A DNA stretch of 64,000 nucleotides from Nemertoderma westbladi (taxonomy: Eukaryota; Animalia; Xenacoelomorpha). The notes under the pieces are model-generated. The model was not told the DNA's origin. It ran no database searches and saw nothing but the letters and a program-made list of their open reading frames with translations. Where the stretch lies: assembly GCA_032718475.1 (NCBI GenBank), contig JAUCBJ010007224.1, positions 79,649-143,648 on the forward strand, given 5' to 3'. A program made the position numbers and the translations under genes. The number at the start of each line of letters is the position of its first letter. The first letter of the stretch is position 1. Positions 36,928-50,682 of this stretch are shown one piece after another.

Positions 36928-38900
36928 TCTAATGAAATCTTTTAGAAGGGGAATTACAATAGGTCGAATTTGCACCATCCTATTGTCGCCATCTATCCAA
37001 GCACCAGTGACCCGATTGGTCTGCGTTCCTGGGTGGAGTAATTCGCGCAAACCAGGTTAAGTACAACTTCAGTGAGTTTACAAACACTAACAAAGGTGTC
37101 CGTAGGGAGAACACTGATATTTTGTCTATGCTTATCTTTACAGCTTTTCTATCCAGAATCATCAGTTCCTGGATTTGGGTAAACTGTCACTCAGGTAGCA
37201 ATTGCATCAAATCCTGATGTACCCTAACTGCTTCCAGGAAGTCACCAACCGCCCCTCCATCTGCTGGTACTGCTGGTCCCCTGTAACGTTTTTCGATCAT
37301 ATATCCATGGCGAAGATCGATATCCATAACAACTGTTGGTGTGTAAATCGAATCTATATTTGAAACTGTCAGAGGGAATTCCAATAATAGCCATTGTGCT
37401 TCTGGACAACCAAGAGATCTTACTTGCTGTGTTATTTGTTTGGATTCCTGTTGTTGGTCTTTATTTTCTTTATTAATATGTTGGCCGGTTATTTTAATAT
37501 TTTAATATTCCTGGGCTGTGACTTTAATGGCATCCTGTTTATTCCCAGAAGTTAAATACAGGCTGCATTTCTCATCCGAACCATCTTCATATTTAGTGAC
37601 GTAATCCGCTGAGGTATGGTGATCCGTTAATAAAGCATTGTCATTTGATTGATGCAATGCAAACAATGAAGGAAAACATGGAGAAAATGCCTCATCTCCA
37701 TCGGTTGGATACGTATGTCGACCAGCAACTAGAGGGGGGAGAAGTCTGATGGGTCTACCTCACCGGGGATCTCGTTCAGCTAAGATAAGCCAGATAAGCT
37801 TCTAGGGCCTCATTCGAATGTTTCAGTGGAATGATGTCATAGCTGTATCCTTCCTGCGTACTAGTTTTACGGTACCTACATACTCTTCTTTTGACACCTG
37901 GCCCCTTCCACAGAGCAGCTATGTACTTGTTTTTTTATATTTGACAATATTTGTTCCAGTTGTTCCCTGTCTCTTATTATACCTAACTGATGTGGTCAAT
38001 GTCGCCTAGAGGTTTTTCGTGCGACTTTTCAATGTACTAAATTATGTATTCATGGGCTCGCTGGTTGGCACGAGTATATAGCATCATGGCTGACTGAGTT
38101 ATTGAATGTTGTAATTCAGGAGAATCTACAGCAGCTGATAGTAGCTTTTGCACCTGCTTCCAAATAGGTGCAACTCCTGGATGCGTATCCATGTCGATAG
38201 TATGTGTATAAAAATATGTTGGAGGACCTTTTTGTTAGCAAGAACATTCGATAATTCCAACACATTTCTATCACTATCAGTTTGATCAAAATTAAGTTGG
38301 CATTTGGCTTTGATGTTTGGAATGGTGGAGGACTTGCTAAGAAGGGCACCGAGCCCTCGTTTCATAACATATCTCAAGTCCATATATTGTAAATTGCAGT
38401 TCATCAGGGCATTGAATACAAAGACAAGGTAATTCGGATCAGTAGATGTAAGTGAATGGCCACTTAACAGGCCACCCACCAAGGGTGCGGTTCAGGTGAT
38501 TCTTCCGGATTTACATTACTTTCACTATCTAACAAGTGATCTGTAGCTTCTGTTGGAGGTCTGGGAGTTACAAGAACATTCAATGATGACATTTGATCCC
38601 AATGTCTACTACACATAGCCGCTGTACATTCCCCTCTCTGGGCATCTATGAGTTGACTTTTTATTACAAAGTGCATTTGTCAGCAACAAAGTACAGCAAA
38701 GATAGCCCGAACCACGGAAATCTTTCGTTAGGGGATACAAATGTTTTTGGCACTTTGTTTGGATTTCCTCCCATGTACTTACTGTAGGTAATCATCCTGC
38801 ACCTTTGATTGTATATTGGTGATGGATTTACAATAGTAAGCGTCCACTTTCTATTTATCAACACAGTATCTGCGTGAGTAGCTCTCTGCGGGATTATAGA
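36928..38900 (-). pseudogene. Divergent Helitron-like Rep relic (paralog of 43410-44875)
   Basis: YVTKYEDGSDE (YxxKY motif, about 37600); FNALMNCNL..KRGL..LNFDQTDSDRNVLELS aligns with FDVLLNRKL..KGL..INFDEADSRRKLKELA. Confidence 0.6.
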
Positions 38901-39141
38901 TTATAGGGCGTCGGTGTTATAGAATGGTTGAAGGAATCAGCGAAATACTTATGTATGCATCCGCCCTTCCTCATAAACTGTATGTCCCTCTCCGAGACGT
39001 AATGGGTGTCGCTTTAGAGTCCTAGACACTATATCGCCATCGGTGATGAAACATGTTGACCGATGATTCTATAGCCAAATAATATTGTAGGATTATCCGT
39101 GGAGGCGAGATAATCGCCCAATATACGCACCCTCTCCATTT

Positions 39142-40241
39142 CAACTGTGGGTCGATTACGCAAAAAGTGGCCAAAATTGTGTCAGACGTAATTTCGCCAT
39201 TCCATGAGCCATAACTCAGCAGAAAATAACCCAAACCATATAAACCTAAATATATTCCGATAGAGCGAATTTTCGCACATTTTGTGGCATTGGTTTTAAG
39301 CAATTTGACATATATTTTCCTTGGATTACAAGCACGAAATGGACATATGATGCGATGTCCGATGCTAAGTTTTTGAGATACAAACGATCATAACCAAATG
39401 TCAGTAAGAGATACTTCCAGTAAACTATATATCAGCTTAAAGCTTATTTCATGATCTACAATCCAGTACTAGTCGTTACTGGGGTACACTTCTTTATAGT
39501 TTTGTTTTTGGAGGAATGAAAAATGCTACATGTTCGTTTTTATAAATTTTTTAGGTGTTGTAACGCTTGTTTTTGAAACATAACTCTTTATTGTGAAATG
39601 TGTTTGTTTCAAGGTAAGTATTTTCCGAAAGATCATTTTTTTGGCTATCCATACATATACGAATGAACGTTAATCGATAAGTCCAGCAGAAATTATGCCA
39701 AAAAGTTTGCCAAGTAGTTTTTTAACGTCATTGGAAATGTCCATCTTGTAACGCCCTTATTTTTGCTCTAACTTTTCTTCCACAAATCGGATTCACTTAA
39801 TGTAAAGTTCATTTATACCGCTTCTGAAAGCGCTATCTAATGATATACAAGGTCAAGCTTTCACGTTAACTTAATGAGATTGCTAAGCATGTCCACAGTT
39901 GTCCTGCATGTAACGGTATGTTACATAACGGTACCCATTGTAACGCTGTCTCACTTGTAAAGCATGCACAGAAAGATGTAACGCAAATAAACTGTCGTTA
40001 CAAATGAGACATAACGCATGTTTAAACAAGGAAATTTATATGAGATAAAGCGTTACCGACGAGACATACGTTTTTCGTCCATAACTTTTTTACTATTGGT
40101 AGAAAAAATAAACCACTATGAAATTTGAAATTAGCACGCTAAGGGCTTTTAGAATATGTATGATTTGATAGGGTTTGAGAAATTTTATTTTTTATTTTTT
40201 TAACCTGGAATTTGGCCATTTTTTGCGTAATCGACCCTGTG
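39142..40241. mobile_element. ~1.1-kb MITE with terminal inverted repeats (CAC-type end, Transib/Chapaev-like)
   Basis: GGGTCGATTACGCAAAAAGTGGCCAAA (39149-39175) vs TTTGGCCATTTTTTGCGTAATCGACCCTGTG (40211-40241). Confidence 0.75.
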
Positions 40242-40745
40242 ATTCAAACCTGTTGATGTTAGGGGTAGCTCCTTCTCCATATACGTCCGTATATTTGCTC
40301 CTCTTACTCTCCTTATAATCCCAACTTAGGTATGAGATATAGCTGGTTCCAGTTTTGAGCGTGTTATACTCCACGTGGGTTTGTCTGAGTTCTCAATTAC
40401 CAAATATTCAAGTTTATTGAGTTTATTAAGTTTATTGAGTTTATATTAAGTTTATTCAAGTACTGCGTGCCGTGCCAGTAGCAGAAAGCTGCCTGTGCAA
40501 TTACTTTGGACTCAGGCAGGTGAGTCAAACTGTAAGGCCTACAGAGCTAACCAGTACTGTACCACCAGTACATCAAATCACCAAATTATAGAGTGTGCTA
40601 TTGGCACCTAGTATATTTACTTGCGCATACTGACAAACAGCATCAGCTCGCACCTACAAGAGATACAGGTTGACCCGGGTTTTTCCTGTCTGAATCTGAG
40701 ATATTTGGTCCTAAATTTTATGGCGTCCCAGGACGGCGTCACGCT

Positions 40746-41790
40746 TCACCCTGATCTAAGGAACTTACGGCGGGCAATGGCAGCCTTCATCATGATCTTC
40801 TCCATGTGGGCATATCCTGGCACTAATAAAAGTTTATTCACCCATTCAGGATGGTCACTAAGCAAGTTTAAGGCAAGGGACATAGGACTCCCATCCATTA
40901 CCATAGCCACCCACTCCCTACTGCAGCTCGGGTCACAGACACCACTATTTTGCATTGTCCTCTCCATTATAGACTCCACAGCAGCATACGAGCTCGGATC
41001 GCCTTCAATGGGTGAATGGACCTGTACATCCGTAAACAGTGGACCAGGGGTGGCTTCAATGGTGCCTCGATCCTCCAACAATGATATGAGTCTTTCATAC
41101 GTTTTGTCATTGAATATCGTTGATTATGACTTGAGGTGACCCTTCAGGACAGATAATTCCGACAGGACAAACAGGGAATGAATCGAACTAAACAATGTTT
41201 TGTTTTGGTTCAAAAATGAGTCTAGTGTGCTATCTAATTTTTCTCCAAGCTCTAAATGTTTCATGTTCATCTGTTGGTATTTATGTTTTGGTGGGTGATT
41301 AATCGAAAGGACGGTTGTGACCTTTGATACAGGTAGCGGTAGATGTTTTTGATTATATACATGGTACGTTTTACCAACAAACTGCATGTTGTCAATTAGT
41401 ACTGAAATATCTCCATCCCCAAATGATTGTTGAGTATTTGCTGAATATTTCAGCATCCTAGTTACCGTCATGTAACTGAGTAACACACTACATTCTCCAA
41501 AGTTGCTAGTTTACCATTATATTTGGAGTGTATAGAAGATAATATAAGTTCATATAATTTGACAGCAATAGTTTTAGATCTTTTCGTTTTAGAGGTCGTC
41601 AAATCTTTATTGTCCACACCAGTCAGGTCATACAAAAAATCCCGCACGTCACCTTCCCGAATCACCTTGTCTGGATCATATTCCAACAAATCATTTAAAT
41701 CGTAGCGCGATCTGCTCAACTGGGTGGCACAAATTTCTCGCAGCTTGCTTCCTGGTGATTTAGATCCAGCAGCCACGGTATTATTACAGG
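40746..41790 (-). pseudogene. Fragmented RNase H-fold DNA transposase of uncertain superfamily
   Basis: Collinear ORF pieces with VLIDNMQ..KTY, PIEGDPSSY, WVAMVMDGSP, LVPGYAHME motifs. Confidence 0.45.
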
Positions 41791-41984
41791 TGGTGACTGG
41801 AGGGGATTGTGATACAGTAGAAAATATGCTATCAACGAAATTACAGAAACAAATAGCTCAACAAGATCTTGTAGATCCCTTCTTTATCATTTAATTTAAT
41901 CTAATCACACCAATAGTTTAGGCACATATTATGCCAATTTTAGCCAATTTGTTGGATAATCTACATATTCAAATTGTACAGGCA

Positions 41985-42185
41985 CGAAGTAAAGGAAATT
42001 TCTTAATATTGGGTGATTTAAACGGACAAATGGGAACAAGGAAGACGACACCGCATATACTGTAAGTCACAACATTATTGGGCAATACAATCTGACAGAT
42101 ATCAACCAAAATGGAAAAATACTGCTGGACTTCTACCAGGCTTCCAATATAGCCATAGCAAATACATTCTCCAGACATAAAGGTA
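41985..42185 (+). pseudogene. LINE apurinic-type endonuclease fragment
   Basis: FLILGDLNGQMG..NQNGKILLDF..IANTFSRHK. Confidence 0.7.
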
Positions 42186-42199
42186 CTATTGCATATTGT

Positions 42200-42360
42200 T
42201 TGAAGTAGTTTTTGGTCTGTATTGACATGAAAATGATCAGCACCATGTAATTACAGTTTGCATCTCTCAGCTGCCCACAGAATAGCCAATAACCCTTGCT
42301 CACAAACAGCCCACCTCGTTTCAGCATCATTCAAAAATCGTGATCCACATATGATGATCA
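42200..42360 (-). pseudogene. Ty3/Gypsy RNase H fragment
   Basis: CGSRFLNDAETRWAVCEQGLLAILWA..HFHVNTDQK. Confidence 0.7.
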
Positions 42361-42799
42361 TGCATCATATAGAAACCAAGGCTGTTTTTTCATTTTTTTT
42401 TTAAGCCTGTTATAACGTCATTAAATCCAAATAGTTGTCCCCATCATCACATTTGATATTGTTTGGTATTCGGATGGGATCCAGTGTTTAAAATCAATAT
42501 ATTAGAATCAACTCCACTTTACAATTTTTTCATGAAAGAGGGATTGGCTGATAATAATAAAGACGGTGAGGGATTGTCTGATAATAATAAAGACAGTGAG
42601 GGATTGTCTGATAATGATGGACTATGCGATATAGACATTGGTCTGGAATTGTTTGATAAATACAATTTTGGAGGGGGAACTTGTGATATTATTGACTTTG
42701 GTGACGATGATTTTGGAGGATGATTTTTTTTACTTTACTTTACTTTTTTTGATAATAATGAAATTGTAGGACATACTAAACTAGCTAGCTCCAGAAACT

Positions 42800-43410
42800 A
42801 CGTTTGCGTGGTATAAAACTCGTGAAAAGGAATACCTTCCATTATTTACTAAGGATGGCTCATTAGTTTATTGTACCAATGTCAGTGGACTTATAGGGTA
42901 ATTTGGGGCCATTTGATCCTAATGACTGGCATGGTGTTTATTCATAGACTCCTCAAAAATACGCCTCAAAGCTGTACTCTTACATAATGGAAATATCTTT
43001 GCTTCTATCCCTTTGGCTCATTCAACTCACTTAAAAGAGACCTATGAAAGTATGGAGGTCTTTACTAAAATCAAGTACGCTGATCATGAGTGGTATATTT
43101 GTCATCATTTACTAAAGTTACCATCATGTTACTAAAGTTTACTAATATGTTATTGGGACAGAAATCAGGATTTACAAAGTTTCCCTGTTTTTTGTGTGAG
43201 TGGGATAGTAGGGATAGGGCAAGCCATTGGACAAAGAATATTTTGAAACAGCGAACTCTAACCCCTGGAGATAAAAATGTTATAAACCCCCGACTAATCC
43301 CCAATCCATCAAAGATACTGCCACCTCGACTTCATATCAAATTTGGACTAATGAAACAATTTGTAAAGGCCCTCAATAAAGAAGGTGACTGTTTCCAGTA
43401 CATACAAGAT
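42800..43410 (+). pseudogene. Chapaev3-like DNA transposase fragment
   Basis: LFIDSSK..LKAVLLHNGN..SIPLAHSTHLKETYE; LLGQKSGFTKFPCFLCEWDSRDR; LHIKFGLMKQFVKAL. Confidence 0.75.
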
Positions 43411-44875
43411 AACACCCCCGGTTCCTTTGTTTTCTTAACAATATGTTTTTTATGTTCTTCTTTCCCGGCAGCGTATTTTAATAAATACGATTTTTGGAAT
43501 CGCGAATTAACTACTTGCACATTGCAAGCAGCTCTCATAATAACAAACAAAAGCGGTACCGTCGGTGTGAAAAACTCAGAGCCCAATGCTGGGTAAGTGT
43601 GTATTCCAGCAATAAACGGGTTCAACCAGGAGTCTGTCACATCGTCATTCCTGTATCCTGCCAATCCAAGATCTACTAATTTATTGAAAGTTTTTTCTGT
43701 ATATAAGTTTTTGTGTTCTATAAAATCAAACTTCCCAGAATCTGGATATTTTTTGTATCTACAAATAAACCCGCTTTTTTGCAATCGTGAGTCTGAAAAA
43801 GTTGAAATTTATTTAAAAACTCCCCATAATCATTAAAATCCCCAATTGCGTAATCTGTATTAAAATCTTCGTGGAACAGACTCTTGGATTGGCAGCAAAC
43901 ACGTTTCTGATGATCTAGAGTGGATTCACCCGGATGTAAGGATAGCCCCATATGAACATGGGGTTTGTTACCTAGAGCACTTTGGCTTTGGAATTCATAC
44001 CTCCACCATATCCTTTTAATTTTGCCCATTGGCTCTTGCGGACTGTATTGGATCCAGTCTGCAACATGGCTCACAGTCCGATGCCAAGCCTGGGCGAGAC
44101 GCACACCGTAACTTTCGAGTTTCTCTTGGAAAAACTCGGTGTGGCCGAACACTTCTTTAATTCTATTATAAAGAGGGGCGACGCCTGGTGTTTCCGAATC
44201 ATTACAAGTGAATCTAACAAAATAATCCCAGGGTGCCTCCCTCGTCAGGGCTGCGAGTTCCTTTAATTTTCTACGAGAATCTGCCTCGTCAAAATTTATC
44301 TTATTTTCTTGCAACTTAAACTCAGCAGTTCTCTTGGTTAGAAACTCAAGCCCTTTAGTACGAGCTATAAACTGCTGCGAGTTTAACTTCCGGTTAAGTA
44401 GAACATCAAAAATAAACCCTACATAAGGCAGACACCTAGAAGTATGCAAACTCCAATCCCTTAACCTAATACCTAAATGGTCCTCTAGGGTCGCCACCAC
44501 CATTCTGTTTGTACCCCTGTTTGAAAAGAGCAGGGATGGCAGAGCGCCCAAAACAGACCCATTTATCATTGCCCAAAAAATACGTGGAAAAAGAATGCCC
44601 TCAATTTGTAGCAATGACACAATAACATCAGGGTTTAATGAAATAATATGGCTTAGCAGTCTATTAACATTAGATTGAGCATAGGGTGCATGGACTCGGC
44701 GCAATGTTCCCAGCTGTTGGTTGAGGATAATATGGACTCTCGAGGAGATATTGACATCGTAGATGGGCACTTTCTGAGAATTGGATAAGAGAGTGGATGC
44801 ATCGGATGGTACAGAACCACAGAACCAATGCTGGTGGCCTAACAGCCTAAGTATTGGCCTACTATGTACTGGCAT
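43410..44875 (-). pseudogene. Divergent Helitron-like Rep (HUH) domain
   Basis: Motif 1 YFVRFTCND, motif 2 RYEFQSQSALGNKPHVH, motif 3 SYLLKYAAG (second ORF after a frameshift near 43780). Confidence 0.75.
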
Positions 44876-44954
44876 TGATATAGCATAGAAGCAGCGACAG
44901 GTAGACAGACCTATGTTTACAAAGTACTTACGCTTACACCTAAAATCAAAGCAA

Positions 44955-46070
44955 TTAATTACGGGGGGGGGTCATATTGACCCTTCCTTCTAAAATCTAC
45001 AAATATTAACGAAAACGTCTGAGTTGTTGTTTGTACGTAGGTATCACTAGTCTGGATCCGCCCGAAAAAAAATTTCGAAAAAATGTACTGGGGTGGTAAT
45101 TTGCAGCACCAAAATTACAAGTAGTGCACAATTTTCACAAAATTTGAAAGTTACATTTTTCGGCTAATTGTTTTTCAATACAGGTTTTCTGGGGCGCAAA
45201 ATACATTGGAAAATATTTAAAAATGATATAATTACCTTAAATGGCTGTTTAGTCCCCTCTGTATAGGAAAAAAATGAAAAAACAATTAACCAGCACTTTT
45301 CAGTTAGAACACAAAATTTTTAATTCACTTATACGATGCAATAAATTCACATTTTCAGGTTTTCTAGGGCGCTGATTCTAATGGAATACATTTCAAATAT
45401 GCCAGATCATTGCTACTTGTATTTTTCGGCATAATTTGGCAAATTTTGATGCTAGCACCAAATTTTGTACCCATCACCAAAAAGTACAAGTTTGCGATCC
45501 CCAGTGATGTTTTTATTGATTCCATCGGATTCAGGACCCTCATAAACCCGCATAACGCAAGAAACAAGATGATATTATCTACTGATCAATTTACTCATTT
45601 TCCAAAATTTGGTGCTGGCACAACAATTTTCACCCACTGGCGAAAAATACAAGTTTGAAAACTCTTATGAAATTTTTACTGATTCCATTGAATTCAGAAC
45701 CCTAACAAACCGGTATAACGCAAGAAACAAGGTGACACAATCAATTGATATATTTGATGGTTTTCAAAATTTGGTGCTAGCACCACCACCCCGTGCCAAA
45801 ATAGGAAATCAATTTTGGAAAATCACCATGGACCATGTTTTGCATGGTTATCTATCAGGTCAATACAAACCCAAAAATAGTATTTTTAAAATATTATGTC
45901 GTTTGGTTTTTGAGATATTGGCATTTTTCATTTTTTGAAAAAATACCAGCACTTTTCAAAATTATGTACCAGAAAAAATTAAATCACCATGACCAATTGT
46001 TATTTAAAAGTTAAATTCAGGTCAAGAGAAATCCAAAAATAGTATTTTTTAAATATTCTGTCGTTTGGTT
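44955..46070 (+). mobile_element. Non-autonomous DNA transposon fragment, same family as 12176-12578 and related to 23290-24070
   Basis: Poly-G GGTCATATTGACCC end; shared sequence blocks; AAATTTGGTGCTAGCACC palindromes. Confidence 0.65.
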
Positions 46071-47349
46071 GTATGAATGTATGAATAGGGTTGTGTTTAG
46101 AGTATAGGTACCAGTATAAAATTTATTACAGGTACCGCACCGGTAATTATATATATTGCAAATCTATACGGTAAACTACCGACAGACCGGTACGTTCCCA
46201 GCAGAAATGTCACAATATAAAAGGATGTTTGCAGGTTTGGCCAATTAAATGTCAGAACGCGGTTTGACATTGACAGTTTGATTCAGCCGGTAAACATATA
46301 GGTTTGTGCCAAAAATTAAATTAAATTTGGCGGAAAAACAATAATAATGACTTGGATTGATTATAATTTTTCCAGGGCAAATTTTCGACCGGTTGCGGAA
46401 GCGAACGTCTGTCCTACCCAGCGCATATACACTGGTTGATGACCAACTGACAAAAGACACTCGATATGCGAGGTAATCTAAAGTAAATTGATCGCAGACT
46501 ACAGAGCTGCCGTAGTCCACTAATCACCAAGGCTGCTGAGCCAAGGAAATTGTGAAGAACTGTGATTTTATTTTAAATTCAAAAGTTCTTATTATCACGT
46601 TGGCTAAAAGAATCCTTTGTGAAGATTCTATAGCCGGGAAGGAAATAAGGAGGGCCGGTTGAGGTACTCCAAGTATTTCTTCCCCTGGGCCACGTGTAAG
46701 CCTTGACTGGGCTGATAATTCTAGAGCTCCTTTTATAAGGATGTCCAAACCTCCCAAACAGACTCCAGGCTCTCCCTGCACCTTAATATAAATACCCAAA
46801 CTGCCAAACCCAATAGAGTTACCTGATTGCCAAAGGTACCTTGCTCGCTTGACCGCGAGTGAAGCCCCTCCCCACGGCGGAATAGAGTGACGGAAATATA
46901 AGTTGTAACCCACGATATAATAGAGAACGGACGACGGACCCGGTGACCTGGTGGATTGTTCTAGGCGCTGGTGAGTAATGTTGTCTGTTATTGTAGGATT
47001 GGGAACAAATCCCATAAGAACTTTATGAATTTTCCCAGTCAGTAGTTAGCAGTACTGCAGTATGCCTACATCGGTAGGCTACTCTCTGTGTTGCAGGAGT
47101 AGTGCAGTCGTGTCCTGTCACTTCTGCTGTCTGCTATCTGATGGATACCGGAAGTGTCATTTGTCATTTTACAGGCCACCAGGTGACGTCATAACATGCA
47201 CAATGTCAATGGTAACCATTGTAAGTGGGCGGGGTGACACAATGGTAATCATAGTAAGTAGGCGGGGCAAGAGCCGTTCGGCAAATTCTTTATTTAACAT
47301 GGTAGACTATGGCAGACGCTGTTTCATTTAAGTTGTTTACCTTACTACT

Positions 47350-48545
47350 TATATTCACACATCTCAAAAGTTAGGCGAGGCTACTAGTACATAAATCATA
47401 CACTAAAATCATACATACTTCAACATTTTCGCAACTGGACAGTGGACAGTCGTACATAAAGTATCTCGACAATAATGGTGGGAGGTAGGGGAGAGGGTGA
47501 TAAATATTTATATAGTTTAACAAAAACATACTGACGAAGAAACAGACAAACCAAAATACTATCGTAATATCGACAAGATCAGAATTTCCATAAAATTTCA
47601 TGTCGATGATCAAAAAAAACAACTGTAAAATAATTTATTAATTTTTAAAACTTTTATTAATAAAATTAACTAACATTCATTGCAGCATTCCCAATGAACA
47701 TGGCGGTAAAGTCATTGGATTTGAATGCATTTAATCTCAAATCTTTTCCGTCGGCATCCAATGGTTACGGTGGCCCAGAACGGCCAAGCAACTTTTTAAA
47801 TGTAAAGTGTTCTTTTTAGTGTGAAAATGATCTTTTCAGTGTGAAAATGATCTTTTCATTGTGAAAGTGTAAATCTGAAAGTGCGAAAGTGTAAATTTGA
47901 AAGTGCGAAAGTGTAAATTTGAAAGTGAGAAAGTGTAAATTTGAAAGTGCGAAAGTGTAAATTTGAGAGTGAGAAAGTACATACATAACAGTACAGTCTG
48001 ACAGTACCGTTATGCTAAAGAACGTTTCTGCTGCCACAGCTCTGACAGACTGACTGCACCACACAGTGCGCCCAGGGCGCAGGGTCAAAGACCAGCACAC
48101 TACATGATGATATGACAAAGCAAATACTGATACCTGTATACATACCAGCGCCAGTGGGGATAGCTGGAGCAGCTTAGTCCAGTACTATACTGCAGCATGG
48201 GAAGGAGTTGTAGTGACATAATTCTACATTTGAAAGGGGTATATTCACACATATCTCAAAAGTTAGGCGAGGCTACTAGTACATAAATCATACACCAAAA
48301 TCATACATACTTCAACATTTTCGCAACTGGACAGTCATACATAAAGTATCTCGATAATAATGGTGGGAGGTAGGGGAGAGGGTGATAAATATTTATATAG
48401 CTTAACAAAAATATACTAACGAAAAAACAGACAAACCAACATACTATCGTAATATCGACAAGATCAGAATTTCCATAAAATTTCATGTCGATGATCAAAA
48501 AAAATGCATTTAATCTCAAATCTTTTCCGTCGGCATCCAATGGTA
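47350..48545. repeat. ~300-bp dispersed direct duplication (47350-47765 vs 48240-48545)
   Basis: tattcacacatctcaaaagttaggcgaggctactag... recurs; the second copy lacks an internal segment. Confidence 0.8.
47815..47975. repeat. 21-bp tandem repeat (GAAAGTGTAAATTTGAAAGTG-type)
   Basis: About 5 copies plus two gtgtgaaaatgatcttttca copies. Confidence 0.8.
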
Positions 48546-49686
48546 GATTTGGAAGTACTAAGTCACATTCTATTACCCATACTTTGTTATTTGATAAGTT
48601 TCTGTGAAAATATATGGGCACTTATGATAAAGGCCATATATGCCTTTACATACCGCGCAATTACGTGTAGCTACAATATCAATCTAACATTTAAACAATG
48701 ATATTATAAAATAGTTATATCATGTATAATATTATACTACAGTAATTTTAATATACTGACACTACAACAAATCCGCCTCCGCTTTACAGGTTTTGCTTTT
48801 TTTAAACCGCTATTTCGAAAATGACTGAAATTTACTTCCATGGTTCATGAAAAATTTCGTAACAATTTTTTTTTATTAAATAGCAATTATTATTATCATA
48901 TGATAATATTGTTTGAAGGTCCTACCTACACTAACAAAATCGCTCTCATTTGACTAATAAATACGATTTGATAATTATCTTTGTTTACATCTAAAATTTA
49001 AATAAAATGTTTATGTTAATATTTCTTAAGTTTAATTTCAAATATAAAATATGCATTGAAAAATTTAATAAAAATTTATATTAAATATTATATAGTTATA
49101 ATTATATATTTATTAGTATGGTTATTAAATAAATATAAAAATAATTTATATTTTAATAATGTAGTTAAAATTGAAATGTACAAAAATTAACTGAACTTAC
49201 ACCTCGCTAAGTGTTTGACATCGACAATGAAAGGTGTCATCTCTTCCACCAATGCTTCTATATTTACTTGAGGTAGAGGTTCCAGTGTTATAAGAATCCG
49301 AACAGGCTTCATAACGACGACTATTATTGGTAAGTTGTGAGACATATCGTCTCTCTATATGCAGGCTCATATAGACGGATCAAAGTTCCTACGCGTTGGA
49401 AGATTAGGTTGGAAGAAGTTTCTACTCTGGTCATTTCCATGATTAATCACGATGGACATCATGGATGATATCAAATCTCTGAAAAAAATTTATTTAAAAT
49501 AAAATATATATTTTTCAAAAGTATATGACCATATAAGAAATTCCACAAATAATAGACGTGATATGATAAATAATAAAATATAACTTACAAAAATAACTTA
49601 GAAACACACGTATGCAAATTAAAAAATTTTCAAATTAAGAGTCTTTCCAAAAAAAGAAACTTCTATTTATAAAAAACTATCAAGAT

Positions 49687-50682
49687 ATGCTCTGTGGACT
49701 GCTCTGTGGAAATCAGAATGGGTTCCGTAAAGGTCGTGGGACCATGGAGCCCATTTTGGCACTTAGAAGGATAATTGAAGAATTATCAAAAAAGAAAGAC
49801 AGGCATCTGGCTGTTATCTTTGTTGACTTCTTCAAGGCCTTTGATTCAGTCTCTCGGTCACGTATGTTCAGCATACTTTCATTATATGGGATTCCTGATG
49901 AAATTATTGCAGCAATCAGATCAGTATACGATGGTTCGACAACATTTGTGTCTACTGTTGACGGTGACACAGAACCATTTGAAGTGTTATGGGGCATCCT
50001 CCAAGGAGACACACTTGCACCATTCTTGTTCATTATTGTGGTTGACTATGTTCTACGCATGTCCTTAGATCATCATAATGATGATGGGGTGATGATAACT
50101 CCACCTACTGGCTCCAGAAGTCGAGGAAATCCTGCCAAGTACCTAACTGATCTAGACTTTGCTGATGACTTAGGAGTACTCTCAGAATCATTAGAGGGAG
50201 CCCAACGGCTCCTCAGCTCATTAGAACATGCTGCTTCTAGTGTTGGTCTTTTTATTAACTCCAGAAAGACCAAAATTCTGACAGTTAACTTTGAAAGTCC
50301 TCAGCAAGTCTCTGATCGGATGAGCATAAGCTCAAAGGATGGTATGCTTGAGCATGTGGACGACTTCTGTTACCTGGGATCATGGATCCGGAAGTCAGGT
50401 GAGGACCTTCGAATACGTAAGGGAAAGGCATGGGCAGCCTTAAATAGGCTTTCCAGGATTTGGAAGTCACCTAGAATTAATCGGAAACTTAAGGTCCGAT
50501 TATTTAGAGCAGCAGTAGTTCCAGTACTCCTCTACGGGAGTCCATGCTGGGCTCTAACTGCTGAGGACACCAAATCTCTGGATGGCACATTCACAAGAAT
50601 GCTACGCCGGGTTCATTGTGTCAAGTACAATGCACACATCTCCAACCAGACACTATATAATGGTAACCAGACACTTGGTTAA
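49687..50682 (+). mobile_element. Non-LTR retrotransposon reverse transcriptase fragment (RTE-like), truncated at both ends
   Basis: QNGFRKGR, FVDFFKAFDSV, GILQGDTLAPFLF, DLDFADD, FCYLGS, VLLYGS. Confidence 0.9.

Noticed and set aside
46524-47015. 163-aa ORF
   Set aside because: No recognisable motif or splice context; cannot be supported as a gene.
47560-49480. Exon-like pieces of a minus-strand gene
   Set aside because: Splice-like signals are present but there are in-frame stops, a local duplication and no identifiable product.
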